From: Ginglymostoma cirratum
Lineage: Eukaryota
NCBI GenBank assembly: GCA_024137785.1
Contig: JAHRHZ010000085.1
Coordinates: 2,294,279 to 2,358,278, forward strand
Length of the DNA: 64,000 nucleotides
Reading direction: 5' to 3'
A model generated the notes under the pieces. That model worked only from the letters and a program-made list of their open reading frames with translations, searched no databases and was not told where the DNA came from. This document shows, in pieces, positions 1 through 12,880 of this stretch; positions within the stretch are counted from its first letter, which is position 1; each line of letters starts with the position of its first letter. A program made the translations under genes and the position numbers.

Positions 1-351
1 TTCAAGCTCATTTCCAGAAAATGTCAGTTACACTATTGTGAAAGAAGTGTGGGGGTGACCTGTCCCTGTCCATACAAAGTGACCTGTATCTGCTTGCACC
101 AAAGCGGCCCATGTTTGAAAGGCACAAAATGGCCAACAAGGATTAAAACAAAATGTGAAAGCCTGCTCTCGTATTCAATTGAAACACACTGGTACCTTTG
201 AACAAGACTATCCCAAGGTCAGCAAAAGAGCCTTACCACCGACATCCGAGACAGTTCTGATAAGAAGGTGCCTAAGGATGGATAAGTAACTAATCCCAGC
301 CTCCAACAAAAGGATGATGGTCCCAGTAAACAAATAAAACCAATTGTGAGG

Positions 352-530
352 GAGATAACAAGGTGTAGAGCTGGATGAACACAGCAGGCCAAGCAGAATC
401 GGAGGAGAACGAAGGCTGACGTTTCGGGGCTAGGCCCCTCAAAGGGTCTAGGCCCGAAACATCAGCTTTCCTGCTCCTCTGATGCTGCTTGGCTTGCTGT
501 GTTCATTCATATCTGCACCTTGTTACCTCA
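352..530. mobile_element. Short palindromic Penelope pLTR-derived element
   Basis: gagataacaaggtgtagagctggatgaacac...gtgttcat...caccttgttacctc hairpin; relatives at 10054-10235, 13835-14010, 3995-4190, 59370-59525 and 62575-62760. Confidence 0.75.
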
Positions 531-3526
531 GACCAAGGTGAGTTTCAGCCCAAGCATCGGCTAGATTAACTTCCTTTAACTCCCTAAGTAGCTGCAAAAA
601 GTGACAGCTAAAGTTACTTTGATGTAAATAGTTGCTTCTTTGAAACTACATGCAATATTAAATAGACTGTAGTTAAAAATTCCTTAATCACAGAAATAGT
701 TTTAACATATATTAAAAGTGTAATACAAGCATTAGAAGAAACACATTTAAATTTACATGTTAAATTTACTTAGCCTCAGGTAATAATGTAATGCACTGAA
801 TAATAGAACTTAAGTGATAAGAAGACTGAGGAAGATCCGAAGCAGTGTAGCCAGTAGCTTTGGAATGTGAATGAATAGAATGTGTAGAAAGATCCCTCGG
901 CCTAGAGATTACAATGTCTGGTAAACGCCATAAGATCATGGGAACCTGGTGATGTCCATTGGAATGACCATAACTGATTAGATGTCCCACAGGATTGAGT
1001 ATATGGATTAAGGAGGAAGGACAGTGAGTATGCTGTATTTGATAGTTGTAACAGAGCATGTGTGAAATGCTTACTTTTCACTGTAACAATCAGAATATGT
1101 CATTGATCTCCCTTTCAATTCGGGAAGATTCTTTTGCCCTCTCCCTGATCCAACTGGTTTTTGCTTGAATAAACATCTTCCTGCCTGCCTCGTGACACCA
1201 ACACTTTCACAAAAATGGTTTACATGGTTTGATGCCCTATTCACAGCCTTAAATATGGATTCACTCACATTGTTTCCTCTAATTTCATCGTGAGCAAGTG
1301 TCGATATCTTACCCCAAGCCCCTTCTTTTTTAGCTGACATCAAATTGAAATAGCTGACGTCCAAACTCACAACTTTGCTTTACCCCACCAGTTAGACTCT
1401 ACAGTGTCAAAAATGACCCTTCTTTAAAAATCTGCTTTCTGTTTGTTGCCCATCAGCTAACTTTATACCCTCAGAGAATGAATTTATGTTCATGGTGCTC
1501 ACTGAGCTTATGTGTGACACAGGGAGAAACACTGTTAATGTTACATAACATAAAACACTAAGATATCTGCAACTGAAAAATTACAAACAAATTTAGTTGA
1601 AAAACAACCAAGCTATGCTCATGATACGGCTATAAATTCACCATTGGCCCACTTGAGTACTATCAGTTCCCCATAAACTCTTTCGTGGAACTTTATGGTT
1701 TAGCTGTTTAAAATCCAAAACAATATATGACTTCCCCCACTTCTCCCTTATTTATATTTTTACTTACACATGAGGAAATCAGCAGATGTTCACATGAACA
1801 GTGGAATTAGAGGCAAGTGCAGGTCAGTCAGTTTTTCCAGCCTGTTCTGTTATTCCGCACATTCAATAAAATGACTGGTATGAAAAATCAATCCATTTGG
1901 GAGGCTTTGTTCAAACAAGGTCATCAGAAATCTGACTGTAACCTCAAACCTACATTCAAACAGAACTGCTGATAATCTTTCACCTCTTTCCTCCATTGGA
2001 ATCTATCAGTATGGGACTTTAAAATATTGAATAACCTTACTTCTATTTACCTTTTAAGGAAGAGTGTTCCAAAGACTCAAACATCTGTGAGAGAAAAACT
2101 GTCTATCGCTGTTTTAAATGGTCAACCTCTAATTTTTTTAAAACCATGATCCCTCGTTTTAGATTTTCCCATGGAAGGAAACATCTCCACGTCTATCTTA
2201 ATCAATCATTCAACCTGTTCCTGTTTGAAGCTTTCCAATCATTTCCTACAAGACAAACAGAATTTGTCATCATCTGTGTTGCCTCTAGCTAGCATATTCA
2301 CAACTTTCCAAGCAGTCTTTGAAAATTCTTCAGACTGGTAATTCATTTTTATGGTTTTGTACTTGTAAGCTTTTGAATGATAGGTAACAAAATGCATTCA
2401 TGTCAGTCACAAATGCACAATGAAGTAACGTTGATAGATTAGATTGCTATATATTCCTGATTGATTGAGTCCATAGAATTTTTTCAAAATATAATTAGTG
2501 AAACATTCTACTTTATTTGGAATCTGTATCAGTTATATGCCAATTTTGAGAATAGAATATACAAATGTATTGAAAAAACTGCTTAGGCATATATCAACAT
2601 GATTTGTTCAACTGTAAATTGACTTTTTTTCTCTTATTTCAATCCCACATCAATAAAGAATACATTTTCATATTCAGAAACATTCATGAGTCATGTCATC
2701 TTGAGCTACAATACCATATTACAATGAGAGTGCAATGCTAATCAATGGGGGAACAAGGATAGAGCATCAGTCTGCACTGTCTTGGGCACAGTGCCACTCT
2801 ACATTGAATTAAAATTTGAAGAAGAAACTGCCAATTATTAACATAAGCAAATTAACTAAGCAAAATGAACCATCAAAATATGAGACAGATTAGCAATTGG
2901 ACCTCAATAGTTTTCTTGATATGGAAAAATCAACACAAATAATGGCACAGTAACAGCAAGAGGACAAACAGGATTAATACTACTGCCACAATGAAAGCAG
3001 AATGAAGTTATCAATTCATGTGAGAAAAGACAGTTGAAAATAAAAAAAAAAGGACAGTTAACCAACAGAAACCTGATAAGCATTTGTCACAGTAAAACCC
3101 GTCATTTCCAGGTCAAAATGTAGAACTGGAGAAAGGGAAAGTAAATATCAACATTGCCCCGTGTTGCCAGTACAAGCAGAATTATGAAATATCTCACAGC
3201 GTACAAACACAGAGAAATACACTCAGTAATTATCTTAAAGACTGTTATGTCAAACTTCATGCAGATTTAAAGGGAACAAGGAGATCATTGAAAGTTGGAA
3301 ATAATTGAATTGCGATTTTTAGTCGTACCTGTTGCATGAAATTTAAAGCTGAAATGAATTGAATCCAGGTGACAATACTCTAAGGGAAGAGATTCATCCA
3401 TGTGTTTGCAAGATTATGATAGGGTTTATATGAGAAAAATAACAGCTTAACATTGATAAGAAATGTAAACCTCTCTGTGATACACTCTGCACTTCTATCT
3501 TTGAAACATATTTTTGTTTTCCCAAT

Positions 3527-3655
3527 TTAGTAGCTGCTTTTCACCGCTGCACACACTGGACTTTTTCCTTGGTGTTTGGGTTTTGATGATGTACTGGAAT
3601 CATTGAATTTCAGAACAAGCGAAGTCGGCCTGCTATCTGTCATGCAGTATTTTGT
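3527..3655 (-). CDS. Copy A terminal cytoplasmic exon with degenerate ITIMs (TKYCMTDSRPTSLVLKFNDSSTSSKPKHQGKSPVCAAVKSSY*)
   Basis: gtttttcag| acceptor, phase 0, TAA at 3529-3527; colinear with the ITIM exon at 38563-38697. Confidence 0.72.
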   Translation of the reverse strand, partial: TKYCMTDSRPTSLVLKFNDSSTSSKPKHQGKSPVCAAVKSSY

Positions 3656-6495
3656 CTGAAAAACAACATTGAGGCTGAATTACCATTCATTTAAATCATT
3701 CTCGATGAAAACTGCACAAAGATGGTTAAATGCCATCTCAAAATCAACTCATTATAATGAGTGAACTTGTTGTATACTTATACAACCTTAAATATACCTC
3801 TATATATTTTGATTTCTTTCTGTTGTTTTGACATTATGCCATCCTCAGAACCAACTTGATCAAGAGCAGCATATTGCAGCTTATCCTCAGGCAACTCTCG
3901 TTTTCTCTGGAAAGCCAAGATTTAATGTCATTTGGTTATTTTATTTTGGAGTAAAAGTGTATGTTGTTAATATGAACAATCAGTTTGTTGTACTGAAAAC
4001 AACAAATGCTGGAGATGAAAGTGGGTCACATAACTCTCATGGAGAGAGAGAGCAAGCTAATATTTCCAGACTAGATGACTCTTCATCACAGCTGTGGTAG
4101 CTTGCTCTCTCTCCACGGATGCTGTCTAACCCCCTGCGATCTCCAGCATTTGTTGTTTCCATACAGATTCCAGCATCTGCAGTAATTTGTTGCGACAGAC
4201 TACTGTACTGACTTTGCGAACACTTCATTACAATCGTTACAATTGACAGTTTCTTCCTCTGAATTGTTCCTTGCCAGGAACATCACACCTAATCATAAGC
4301 AACAATTATTTTTCAATACTATTAATGTTAATATAATGTTAATTTAAAGTTTCCAGGGAAGAACACTGCTGAAATAGTTGCATCTGTCAGTCCAATTTAA
4401 TTAGGTTTTTGAATTCTGAGGGATGAATTCCTGTTTTATTACCTTCTGCAACAAACTGAGCATGCAATGAAATTCATTAAATAAAGCAAAAATAAATTTG
4501 TATTCATTTAATAATGACAGGTCCCACTGCTTCATTTTAAAATCATAACTGGCAACTATTTGAAATAAATTGGGAGTGTGCTTCTGAGGTGAGGTCACTC
4601 AACCTGAAACATTAACTCTGAATTCTCTCAACAGATGCTTCCAGACCTGTCGAGCTTTTCCAGCAATTTCTGTTTTTGTTAGTAACGTCTTTCATTTGAA
4701 GGATAAATAGTGCAGGATTTGATTAAAATTTCCCTGACATTAAATTGTTACTTTAGTCAGTCAGTTAGAGAGAAGGAACAACTGTATTTAACACTGCCAT
4801 TAGAAAATTAATTTTAGAATCACCCTGTTCCCTGATGAATAAAGGAAGGTAATTATTTCAATTGGCCATCGAAACAGTAATAAATAAAGGTGTTGAGGGT
4901 GAAGTGAAGACAAAGGTACAGAGCACTTTCAAAGGATTTGCAAGGCATGGGTGATGCCAGATAGCATGTTTAAAGTAAATTATTGATGTTGTAAGTCAGA
5001 AAATATGTCAACTATTTAGGGAGGAATATGGTCAGGTGAGTGACAATGTAAAAATGTGACTTTTGTCAAAAAAGTAAGCCACAATATTTCAGTGTTCTGA
5101 AATGGACTCTTTAGTCTTCTGTGAGGCATTTCTCAATCATAGATAATTTTGTTTTCTCTTTCCATCTGATCCATTGCTCATAAAACAATAAAACACAGGC
5201 TAAGCATTGCACCTGGACATCAGAGGACTTTATTCTGTTACCTACAACAATATCAGTTGCAACATTTCACAAAAAGACGCGCAGTGATGGAGTAAAGAGT
5301 TTGAAGTAATTTCTGAAGACCTCCAGGAAAGGAATTTAATTTTTGCTGCACGTGCAGTGAGTGGGTCTATTCTGCCTGAAGTACTATTTTTAATAGGATG
5401 TGACCCTCAGTGGCAAGGCCAGTATTTGATGCCAATAATCGTTTACTATGAAGAATCCAGCACAACACCAGCTTTCTTGACTGACTGCACTCCAACATTA
5501 TTGTCAGGGAGGAAGTTGCAGGCACCAAATGCAATGAAAGACGAGGGTACTTTTTGTGGTATTATACTCAAGGAAGGAGAATGATTTTTTAAAAAAAATC
5601 AAATTCAGATCCAAGACTGAAGCTGAGATAATAAAGCATTTCAATTGATAAAAAGGCTTTAACTGTTTGAAAATGTATTTAAAGAGAATAAATCTGCTGG
5701 CCTGCACTGCATTCAACCGTTGTCAAGCATAAATATGTGTAATAGCATTGTGTCCCCTGTAGTGGCCAACCAAAGACTTCACGTTTTACCAAACTGTTAT
5801 CAGTTATTCCTGGATAAATGCCACCTGCTCCTTTTCAGGTGCCACAGATAGGGATGTGTCTCTCATATGTCACTGATATTTACGTGTTGAAAATTAAAAA
5901 TGAGAGAGGTTTGCAGCACAACAGCTCATCTATTTGTTTTCCAAGATTGCATGATGCTGCAGCACGTTGCACTAGCAGAGAGACACCCGACAGTAAAAGC
6001 TTTCTCAGGAAGCCAACTTGTGCAAACTGTTGTTTGGCAGAAGTCAGACATAATCACCGAACTCAGACTAATGCTGAGTGAATTTTGAACAGTGTAGAAA
6101 AGAAGGAGGGAATAATCATCTTTATTTGCACCTGGAAACCTACCATTCAAAACAGTCATCAGCCCAATGTAATCAACATTGATTTTCATGTCTGTAACCA
6201 ATGTGGCAAAATTATTCAGCACACTGTCACTTATTAGTGCGAATGAAAACAAAAATCAAAGATATTTCACAATTATGTTTGATGATTTAAAACAGCTGCA
6301 ACAGTTCATGAAACTTCCTACCACTTTCGATTTTCTTTATTGTGTTTTCATTCAGCTGATGTTGTGTTTTTGAGAGCTGATGAAATGTTCAAGACTCACC
6401 TTGACGTGTTAGAAATATGTATTTGTGTTCCCAGCTTAAATTGTTCAATTAGACTTGAAAATTAAAATCAATAGAATGAAGGAAATTTGCCTCAC

Positions 6496-6542
6496 CTCAT
6501 CCTCATACTGAGTTCGATTTATTGATGTTTTCTTTCCCCCAT
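6496..6542 (-). CDS. Copy A cytoplasmic exon (DGGKKTSINRTQYEDE)
   Basis: ttttatttctcag| acceptor, GAG|gtgagg donor, 47 nt, phase 1-0; same-length homologue at 41664-41710. Confidence 0.75.
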
Positions 6543-6957
6543 CTGAGAAATAAAAGTGTTATAAGTCAGCAACACAAAAAAGGCTATTTGTACTTATCAG
6601 CAAACCAATGAAACCAAAAGCAATTCGACTGCTATTCAATATTTGTAAACAGGGTACAATAGGAAGAACTGTTTCGCAATACAGCTCTAAATGTCACACG
6701 CAGATGCTTTGAATTTATGTTTTCAGGATTGAAGCTACAGAAACTTCTGTCAGCAATGAATTTCATCAATACAATTTTGACCTGCACTGATACAGTTCAC
6801 AAAGCGAAACTTCAAATCTTTTTGTTTTATATTTGATGTGAAGCAGTGTCTATATTTGAAAGATGTTTCACATAAAATATTTGTTTAAATTGTCCAGTTC
6901 AGAAATTCAGCTCCCAATTATGTTAATTTCAGATAGACATTTCTATCCTGTTCATAC

Positions 6958-7071
6958 CTTTGGAGATAAAGAACAGAAAACCCTTGGCAATCATCACAGT
7001 CAATATCAGAATTGCAAGTGCACGAGCGGCACAACCGGCAGCCATAGTAACACTGATGTTAGAAGCAAAAT
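6958..7071 (-). CDS. Copy A exon 4: stalk/transmembrane (DFASNISVTMAAGCAARALAILILTVMIAKGFLFFISK), Arg-containing
   Basis: attacag| acceptor, G|gtatga donor, 114 nt, phase 1-1, open and hydrophobic; paralogues at 47268-47381 and 42147-42259. Confidence 0.85.
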
Positions 7072-7599
7072 CTGTAATATTAATATAAAATCAACATTAG
7101 GAATTGCAACAGAAACTGAAAATGCACAGGTTGAAATGTCATGTCTGTCATTTTCAATTGTACTGCCTTGTACATCTGATAAATATTGTTCATAAAGTCA
7201 CAGCATTTCAATTCTGTTGTCTCTTTGTTCAACTGATCCGTTTGCAGCCAAAAGCAAAATGTCTGGAACTTAGAGAAATAAGTAAATGACAAAAATACCT
7301 CAACGAATGACACATTTAAAATGAATGGGGAAATAGTGCTCATTGCAAAAAGCGTTCAGTTCTCTTAGCTATGTGGCACAATACTAAATTGTTTGGTGGG
7401 AGTTTAATTGAATTGTATACAGATTAATGTCAGAAAAAAGTATATAATGGAACCTGCTGTCAGATTTGCTTGAGTTTTCGGTGGAGGCAAACTTCAGTTG
7501 AAATAGTTTGAATCTCTCTGCAGCTACGACCCAATCAGCTATGACTCTGTGTTTAGTATTGAATCAAGTATGTGGCATTCTGATGAATTGGGGAAATAA

Positions 7600-8690
7600 A
7601 CTGGAGGTTGACAGCACGGAAACACGCCCTTCAGCCGTTCTTGTCCATGCCACCCAGTTTTCACAATTACTTGCGTCCCATTTGCCTACATTTGGTCCAT
7701 ATCCCTCAATACCCATTCCATCCATGTAACTGTCCAAATGTTTCTTAAATGACAAAATTGTACTCGCCTCCATCACGATCTCTGGCAGACTCTTCCTGAC
7801 ACTCACCACCCTCTGTGTGAAAAATTGCTCCTCTGGACTCTTTTGTATCTCTCTCCTCTTACTTTAATCCTGTTCCCTTTAGTCTTAGACTCCCCTACCA
7901 TCAGGAAAAGCTGTTGGCTATCTGCTCAACTCTGCCTCTCATGATTTTACAGACCTTTATAATGTCACCCTTCAGCCTGTATGCTCCAGGGAAAAATGTC
8001 CCAGCCATTCCAGCTTCTCCTTCTAACTCAATTTTCAAGTCCAGATAACACTCTGTGAAATCTTATCTGCGCTCCATCTCGTTTAATAATATCCTTTCTA
8101 TAGTAGAGCAACTAGAACTAGATGGTGAAATTTGAATTCAATAAAAACCTGTAATAGTGTTTGTCTTAAAAAGACTGATCTCCTTACTGTGGAAAAGATG
8201 TAGTTAAACTTGAAAGGGTTCAGAAAAGATTTACAAGGATGTTGCTATAGTTGGAGAGTTTGAGCAATTGGACGACTCTGAATAGTCTGTAACTGTTTTC
8301 GCTGGAGTGTCGGAGGCTGAGGGGTGACAGGTTTATAAAATATACAGGTTTATAAAATCATAGGCCATGGATAGGATGATTAATCAATTTTTTCCCCTGG
8401 GTAGGGGAGACCAAAACTAGAGGGCATAGGTGTAAGGTGACAGGCGTACAATTTAAAAGAGATCTGTGCATTGTTCTGTGTCTGCAATGAACTGCCAGAG
8501 GAAGTGGTCGAGGCTGGTCCAATTACAACATTTAAAAGGCATCTGAATGGAAGTATGAATAGGAAGGGGTTTGGAAGGACATGGACCAAATGTTGGTAAA
8601 TGGGACTAGATTAATTTAGGATATCTGGTAGGCATGGATGAGGTGGAATGATGGTCTGTTTCCGTGTTGTTCATCTCTATTACTCTCACA
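7600..8690. mobile_element. Two opposed CR1 3' fragments
   Basis: FKKHLDSYM-type C-terminal remnants on both strands; similar fragments at 13340-13810, 20780-21250, 35990-36480, 42790-43300, 44065-44315, 48010-48990, 55140-55665 and 62770-63240. Confidence 0.8.
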
Positions 8691-11462
8691 CCAGGTAGTT
8701 TACTTATGGTCCTTTTGGAAGTCATTCTACCATTGTTAACTGTCCTGCATGTGACTCATTGCAAATTGGATGGTTGTTAAGTGTTCTCTTGGCAATTAGA
8801 TACAGACAATAAATGCCCTCCCAGAAAATAACTCATTCAATGAATACAAAAACATCGACCAAACTATGTTTCTATTATGATTAATGGGGACATTCAACTT
8901 GGGCTACATTGGTTTCTGAATGTATTAGAAGATAATCAATTAACTTTAGAAGAAATAACAACACAAGGGACTGCTCAATGAATGGCAAGACACCAGGAAT
9001 TTCAGAGGAACAGGAAGATCTTGGACTTCTTGTTTACAGATCACTGAAGGTGGCAGGGCAAGTTAATAGGATGGTTCAGAAACGTACAGGGCCTATGCTT
9101 TCATCTGGAGTCAGGTAGATTATCAGAGGAGAGAGATGACATTGGAGTTTTACAGTGGGCCTTTAGTTCGGTCACAGTCGGAGTACTGTGTGTCGTTCTG
9201 GTTGCCACATGACAATCAGGTGTAGTGTTGGGGTTAAAGATATCTCCAAAACAGAACATTAGAGTGATTTGTTCTGGGTTAATTGGACATGGCAATGTGC
9301 AAGTGAAGACAAGTGGAAAATGACAAAGTTACTGCAAAACAGCGTCTCCTGGCTTGGGCGGAAACACAATATTGTGCATTTAAAAAGGAATCAACTTGGA
9401 AGTGTTTTTAACCTGTTTTTACACAGTGGAATGCGTGGGAATGCACTGAAAATACGACCAAATCGTGAAACAGCGTGTAACATTTTATTCAGAGCTGTTT
9501 TAATATCTGGAACTGTGCCCCACTCATTCCTACTTTCACTATTGGGCGTGAGACAGGTGCCGTGGAATTGGAGATACAGCTCCAAGTCCCGCCATCGCCA
9601 AAGTCCCCTGGGAGCGGAAAGGCAGTGTGAAACTTACGTGTTTAATGTGCATATCTCAGTTGGTTAACGTCACCGGTTAGTTTTAATATATCTGCGTAGT
9701 GTAAACTAACACTTGTAACTCACTTAGACCAGAATTTAAAGAGCCAGTTGGGTATTTTCAACCGATCAAACTGAATATTGTTTTTACTGTCAGAGTCGAA
9801 ATAACCAATGGATATAAATTATTTTCCCATTGTCGCTCTGTAAACATGCCATAAACATTACAGAGGCGAGGCAGGAGAGATGTACTCACTATTCAAGACT
9901 GAGCAGAGGCGAGAATGCTTGTGTTAACTTCCATGAGTATTGAAGCTCTAAAAGACAAAATTGTTAAATCTAGGCAACTAACCAAGTATTAACCTATTCG
10001 TTGCATGGACCAAATCATTAGCTCATAGATGTTAAGCAAATTGATATTTGGTTGAGATAACAAGGTGTAGAGCTGGATGAACACAACAGGCCAAAAAGCA
10101 TCAGAGGAGCAGGAAAGCTGACGCCCGAAACGTCAGCTTTCCTGCTCCTCTGACGCTGCTTGGCCTGCTGTGTTCATCCAGCACTACACCTTGTCATTTA
10201 AGATTCTCCAGCACCTGCAGTTCCTACTATCTCTGGTTTTTGACTGACATGGTTTGCAAGTTTGCGGATAGCACCGTTTAGGAAATGTATCACACCGGGA
10301 TAAATCCTAGTTCCAAAGCTAACTGAATAGATCTTCAGCTGCTCGAGCTGTGTAGTGACAGCACAAAGACATGAAGTGATCAATGTATTGCAATCTGTAC
10401 ATCTGTTGTCTTGGAAATAATTATTTCACCTCACTATTACTAACTTAATGCTTCTGCCTATTTTGTTAAAAAGTAATTGTAATGCCACAGTACGCAATGC
10501 CGATTATTTAAAATTTACTACAGCAGCAAATATGGTGCCAGTTTATCAACCTATCTCATCAGTCACGGGGTACGCTGCTGACATCAGTATTTTATGGAAC
10601 ATGGCCGGAAACAGCAATTAGACCCACTGGGAACAATAGGCCTGGTAGGCCCCTTATATTTCCCTACCTTTGAAACATCATACAATCATTTATGAAATTG
10701 GTCTGAACCACATATTTGATTCTAGAAATCATTCTGTCCACCTTATTGATAAAAGAGAGGAACCATCTGCCAATCTACTTCGGGACAAAACATATGTTAT
10801 CTACGATGAAATTAGATATAAACATCACATAATCAAAGAATGGGAGTGATAACTGTGTATCGAGTACAGTACCTCCAGTTGTTATAATTAAGAAATTGCA
10901 GGCTTTCCTTACCAAGCATCAACAGATTAGTTCTTACTTGGCAACAAAATACCATGGCTTCTTACAGCAAGAAACTGCCATGACTTACAGCCCTGATCAA
11001 TTGATTCACAAAGCAGATAATTTAGGAACCCTTACTATGTACCATTGGTGGGTCATATTTAACGGATGGTCACCAAAAGCTTCAGCAGTTCTCTCATTGT
11101 TATGTGATCCAAATGTTTATACTATTGTAGTTGTTTCTCGTTTTTATGTATCTGTGTGATGGCCTGCAAACTATATCACATGTATCAAAAACTTGTAGCT
11201 ATTGAGCAGCATGTACGCGCTTGTAAAAGGTTTTGATAATCGATTTTGAAGACATCAATGGGTGTTGTGTCGTCCAGGCTTAAAAATGACATCTCCAAAC
11301 CAGACAGTTCAGGGTTAATCATTAAAGATTAATTGCACATGAAAATCAACAACTGATGACAAGTGGAAAATCACAGTCTCAGTGTATAAAAAAGCTTTCT
11401 TTGGCTGGGAGGGAACTGCATGACGTTGGGTGGGTTGAAAACAGAACAATGTGCAATTAAAA

Positions 11463-12880
11463 CTGTCCCTGTTCAAAAAAGGGAATAGGGATAACCGTGG
11501 AAATTCAGGCCAGTTAGTCTTACGTCAGTGGTGGACAAATTGTTGGAAAGGGCTCTAAGAGACAGAATTTATGATCACTTGGATAGGCGCAGTTTGATTC
11601 GTGGTAGTCAGCATGGATTTGTGAGGGGTAGAACATGCCTCACAAACCTTACTGAATTCTTTGAAGAGGTGAATAAACACGTGGATGAAGGTAGCACAGT
11701 GGACGTGGTACACATGGATTTAAGTAAGGCCCTTGAGTTCCCCATGGTAGGCTCATGCAGAAAGTTAGGAGGCATGGGGTAGGGGAAAATGTGGCAGAAT
11801 GGATTCAGAATTGGCTGACCCTTACAAAACAAAGCGTGGTAGTGGATGGAAAATATTCAACATGGTGCTCAGTTACGAGTGGTGTACCACAGGGATCTGT
11901 TCTGGGTCCTCTTCTGTTGGGATTTTTGCAAATTATTTCAATGAAGGATGGAACCGGTGGATTAGTAATTTTGCGGATGATACGAAGGTGTGTCCAGTTA
12001 TGGATAGTGCAGAGGGCTGTTTTAGGTTACAGAGGGACATTGATAGGATGCAGAGCTGGGCTGAGAAATGGCGCGTGGAGTTTAACCCTGAAAAGTGTGA
12101 AGTAATTCATTTTGGAAGGATAAATTTGAAAGCAGAATACAGGGTTAACAGAAAGATTCGTGATAGTGTGGAGGAGCAGAGGGATCTTGGGGTTCATGCC
12201 CACAGTTCCCTGAAAGCTGCCTCCCAGGTGGATAGATTTGTTAAGAATATGTCTGGTGGGTTAGCTTTCATTAATAGAGAGATTGAGTTCAAGAGCCGTG
12301 AAGCTATGCTCCAGCTATACAAAACTCTGGTTCAGCCACATCTGGAGTATTGTGTCCAGTTCTGGGCACCTCATTACAGGAAAGATGTGGAAGTGTTCGA
12401 AAAGGCGCAGAGGAGATTTACCAGGATGTTGCCTGGAATGGAGGGAAGGTCTTACGAGGAAAGGTTGAGAGAGCTAAGGCTTTTCTCTTGAGAACAACGA
12501 AGGATAAGAGGTGACTTGATAGAGGTATGCAAAATGATCAGAGGTATAGATAGAGTGGACAGCCAGAGAATTTTTTCCGAGGGCGGACGTAGCTATAACG
12601 AGGGGGCATAGTTTTAAAGTGAGTGGAGGGAGATATAGGGGAAACGTCAGAGGCAGGTTCTTTACTCAGAGAGTGGTCCGGGCGTGGAATGCATTGCCGG
12701 AGAGGACAGTGGAGTCGGCCTCATTTGGGGCATTTAAGCGGCTATTAGATCGGCGTGTGGATGATAGTATAAGGTAGCGGTGGAGGTTAGATAGACCTTA
12801 GGTTTAGGGTAAAAGTTCGGCACAACATCGGAAGCCGAAGTGCCTGAACTGTGTTGTGCTGTTCTCTGTTCTATGTTCTA
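11463..12880 (+). mobile_element. 5'-truncated CR1/HER1 LINE (RT fragment)
   Basis: QHGF..GRTCLTNL, GVPQGSVLGP, FADDTK motifs with frameshifts; (gttctat)-type 3' tail. Confidence 0.92.

Noticed and set aside
1071-1370. 99-aa minus-strand ORF
   Set aside because: Looks like a decayed CR1 RT remnant (AHDEIRGN resembles AHGIRG).
6863-7195. Plus-strand 110-aa ORF (and 47191-47445)
   Set aside because: Antisense shadow of the TM exon.
9890-9947. Possible 58-nt minus-strand exon (ttttag|...|gtgagt) between C1 and TM
   Set aside because: It would shift the TM exon frame and has no counterpart in other copies here; at most a cryptic exon.
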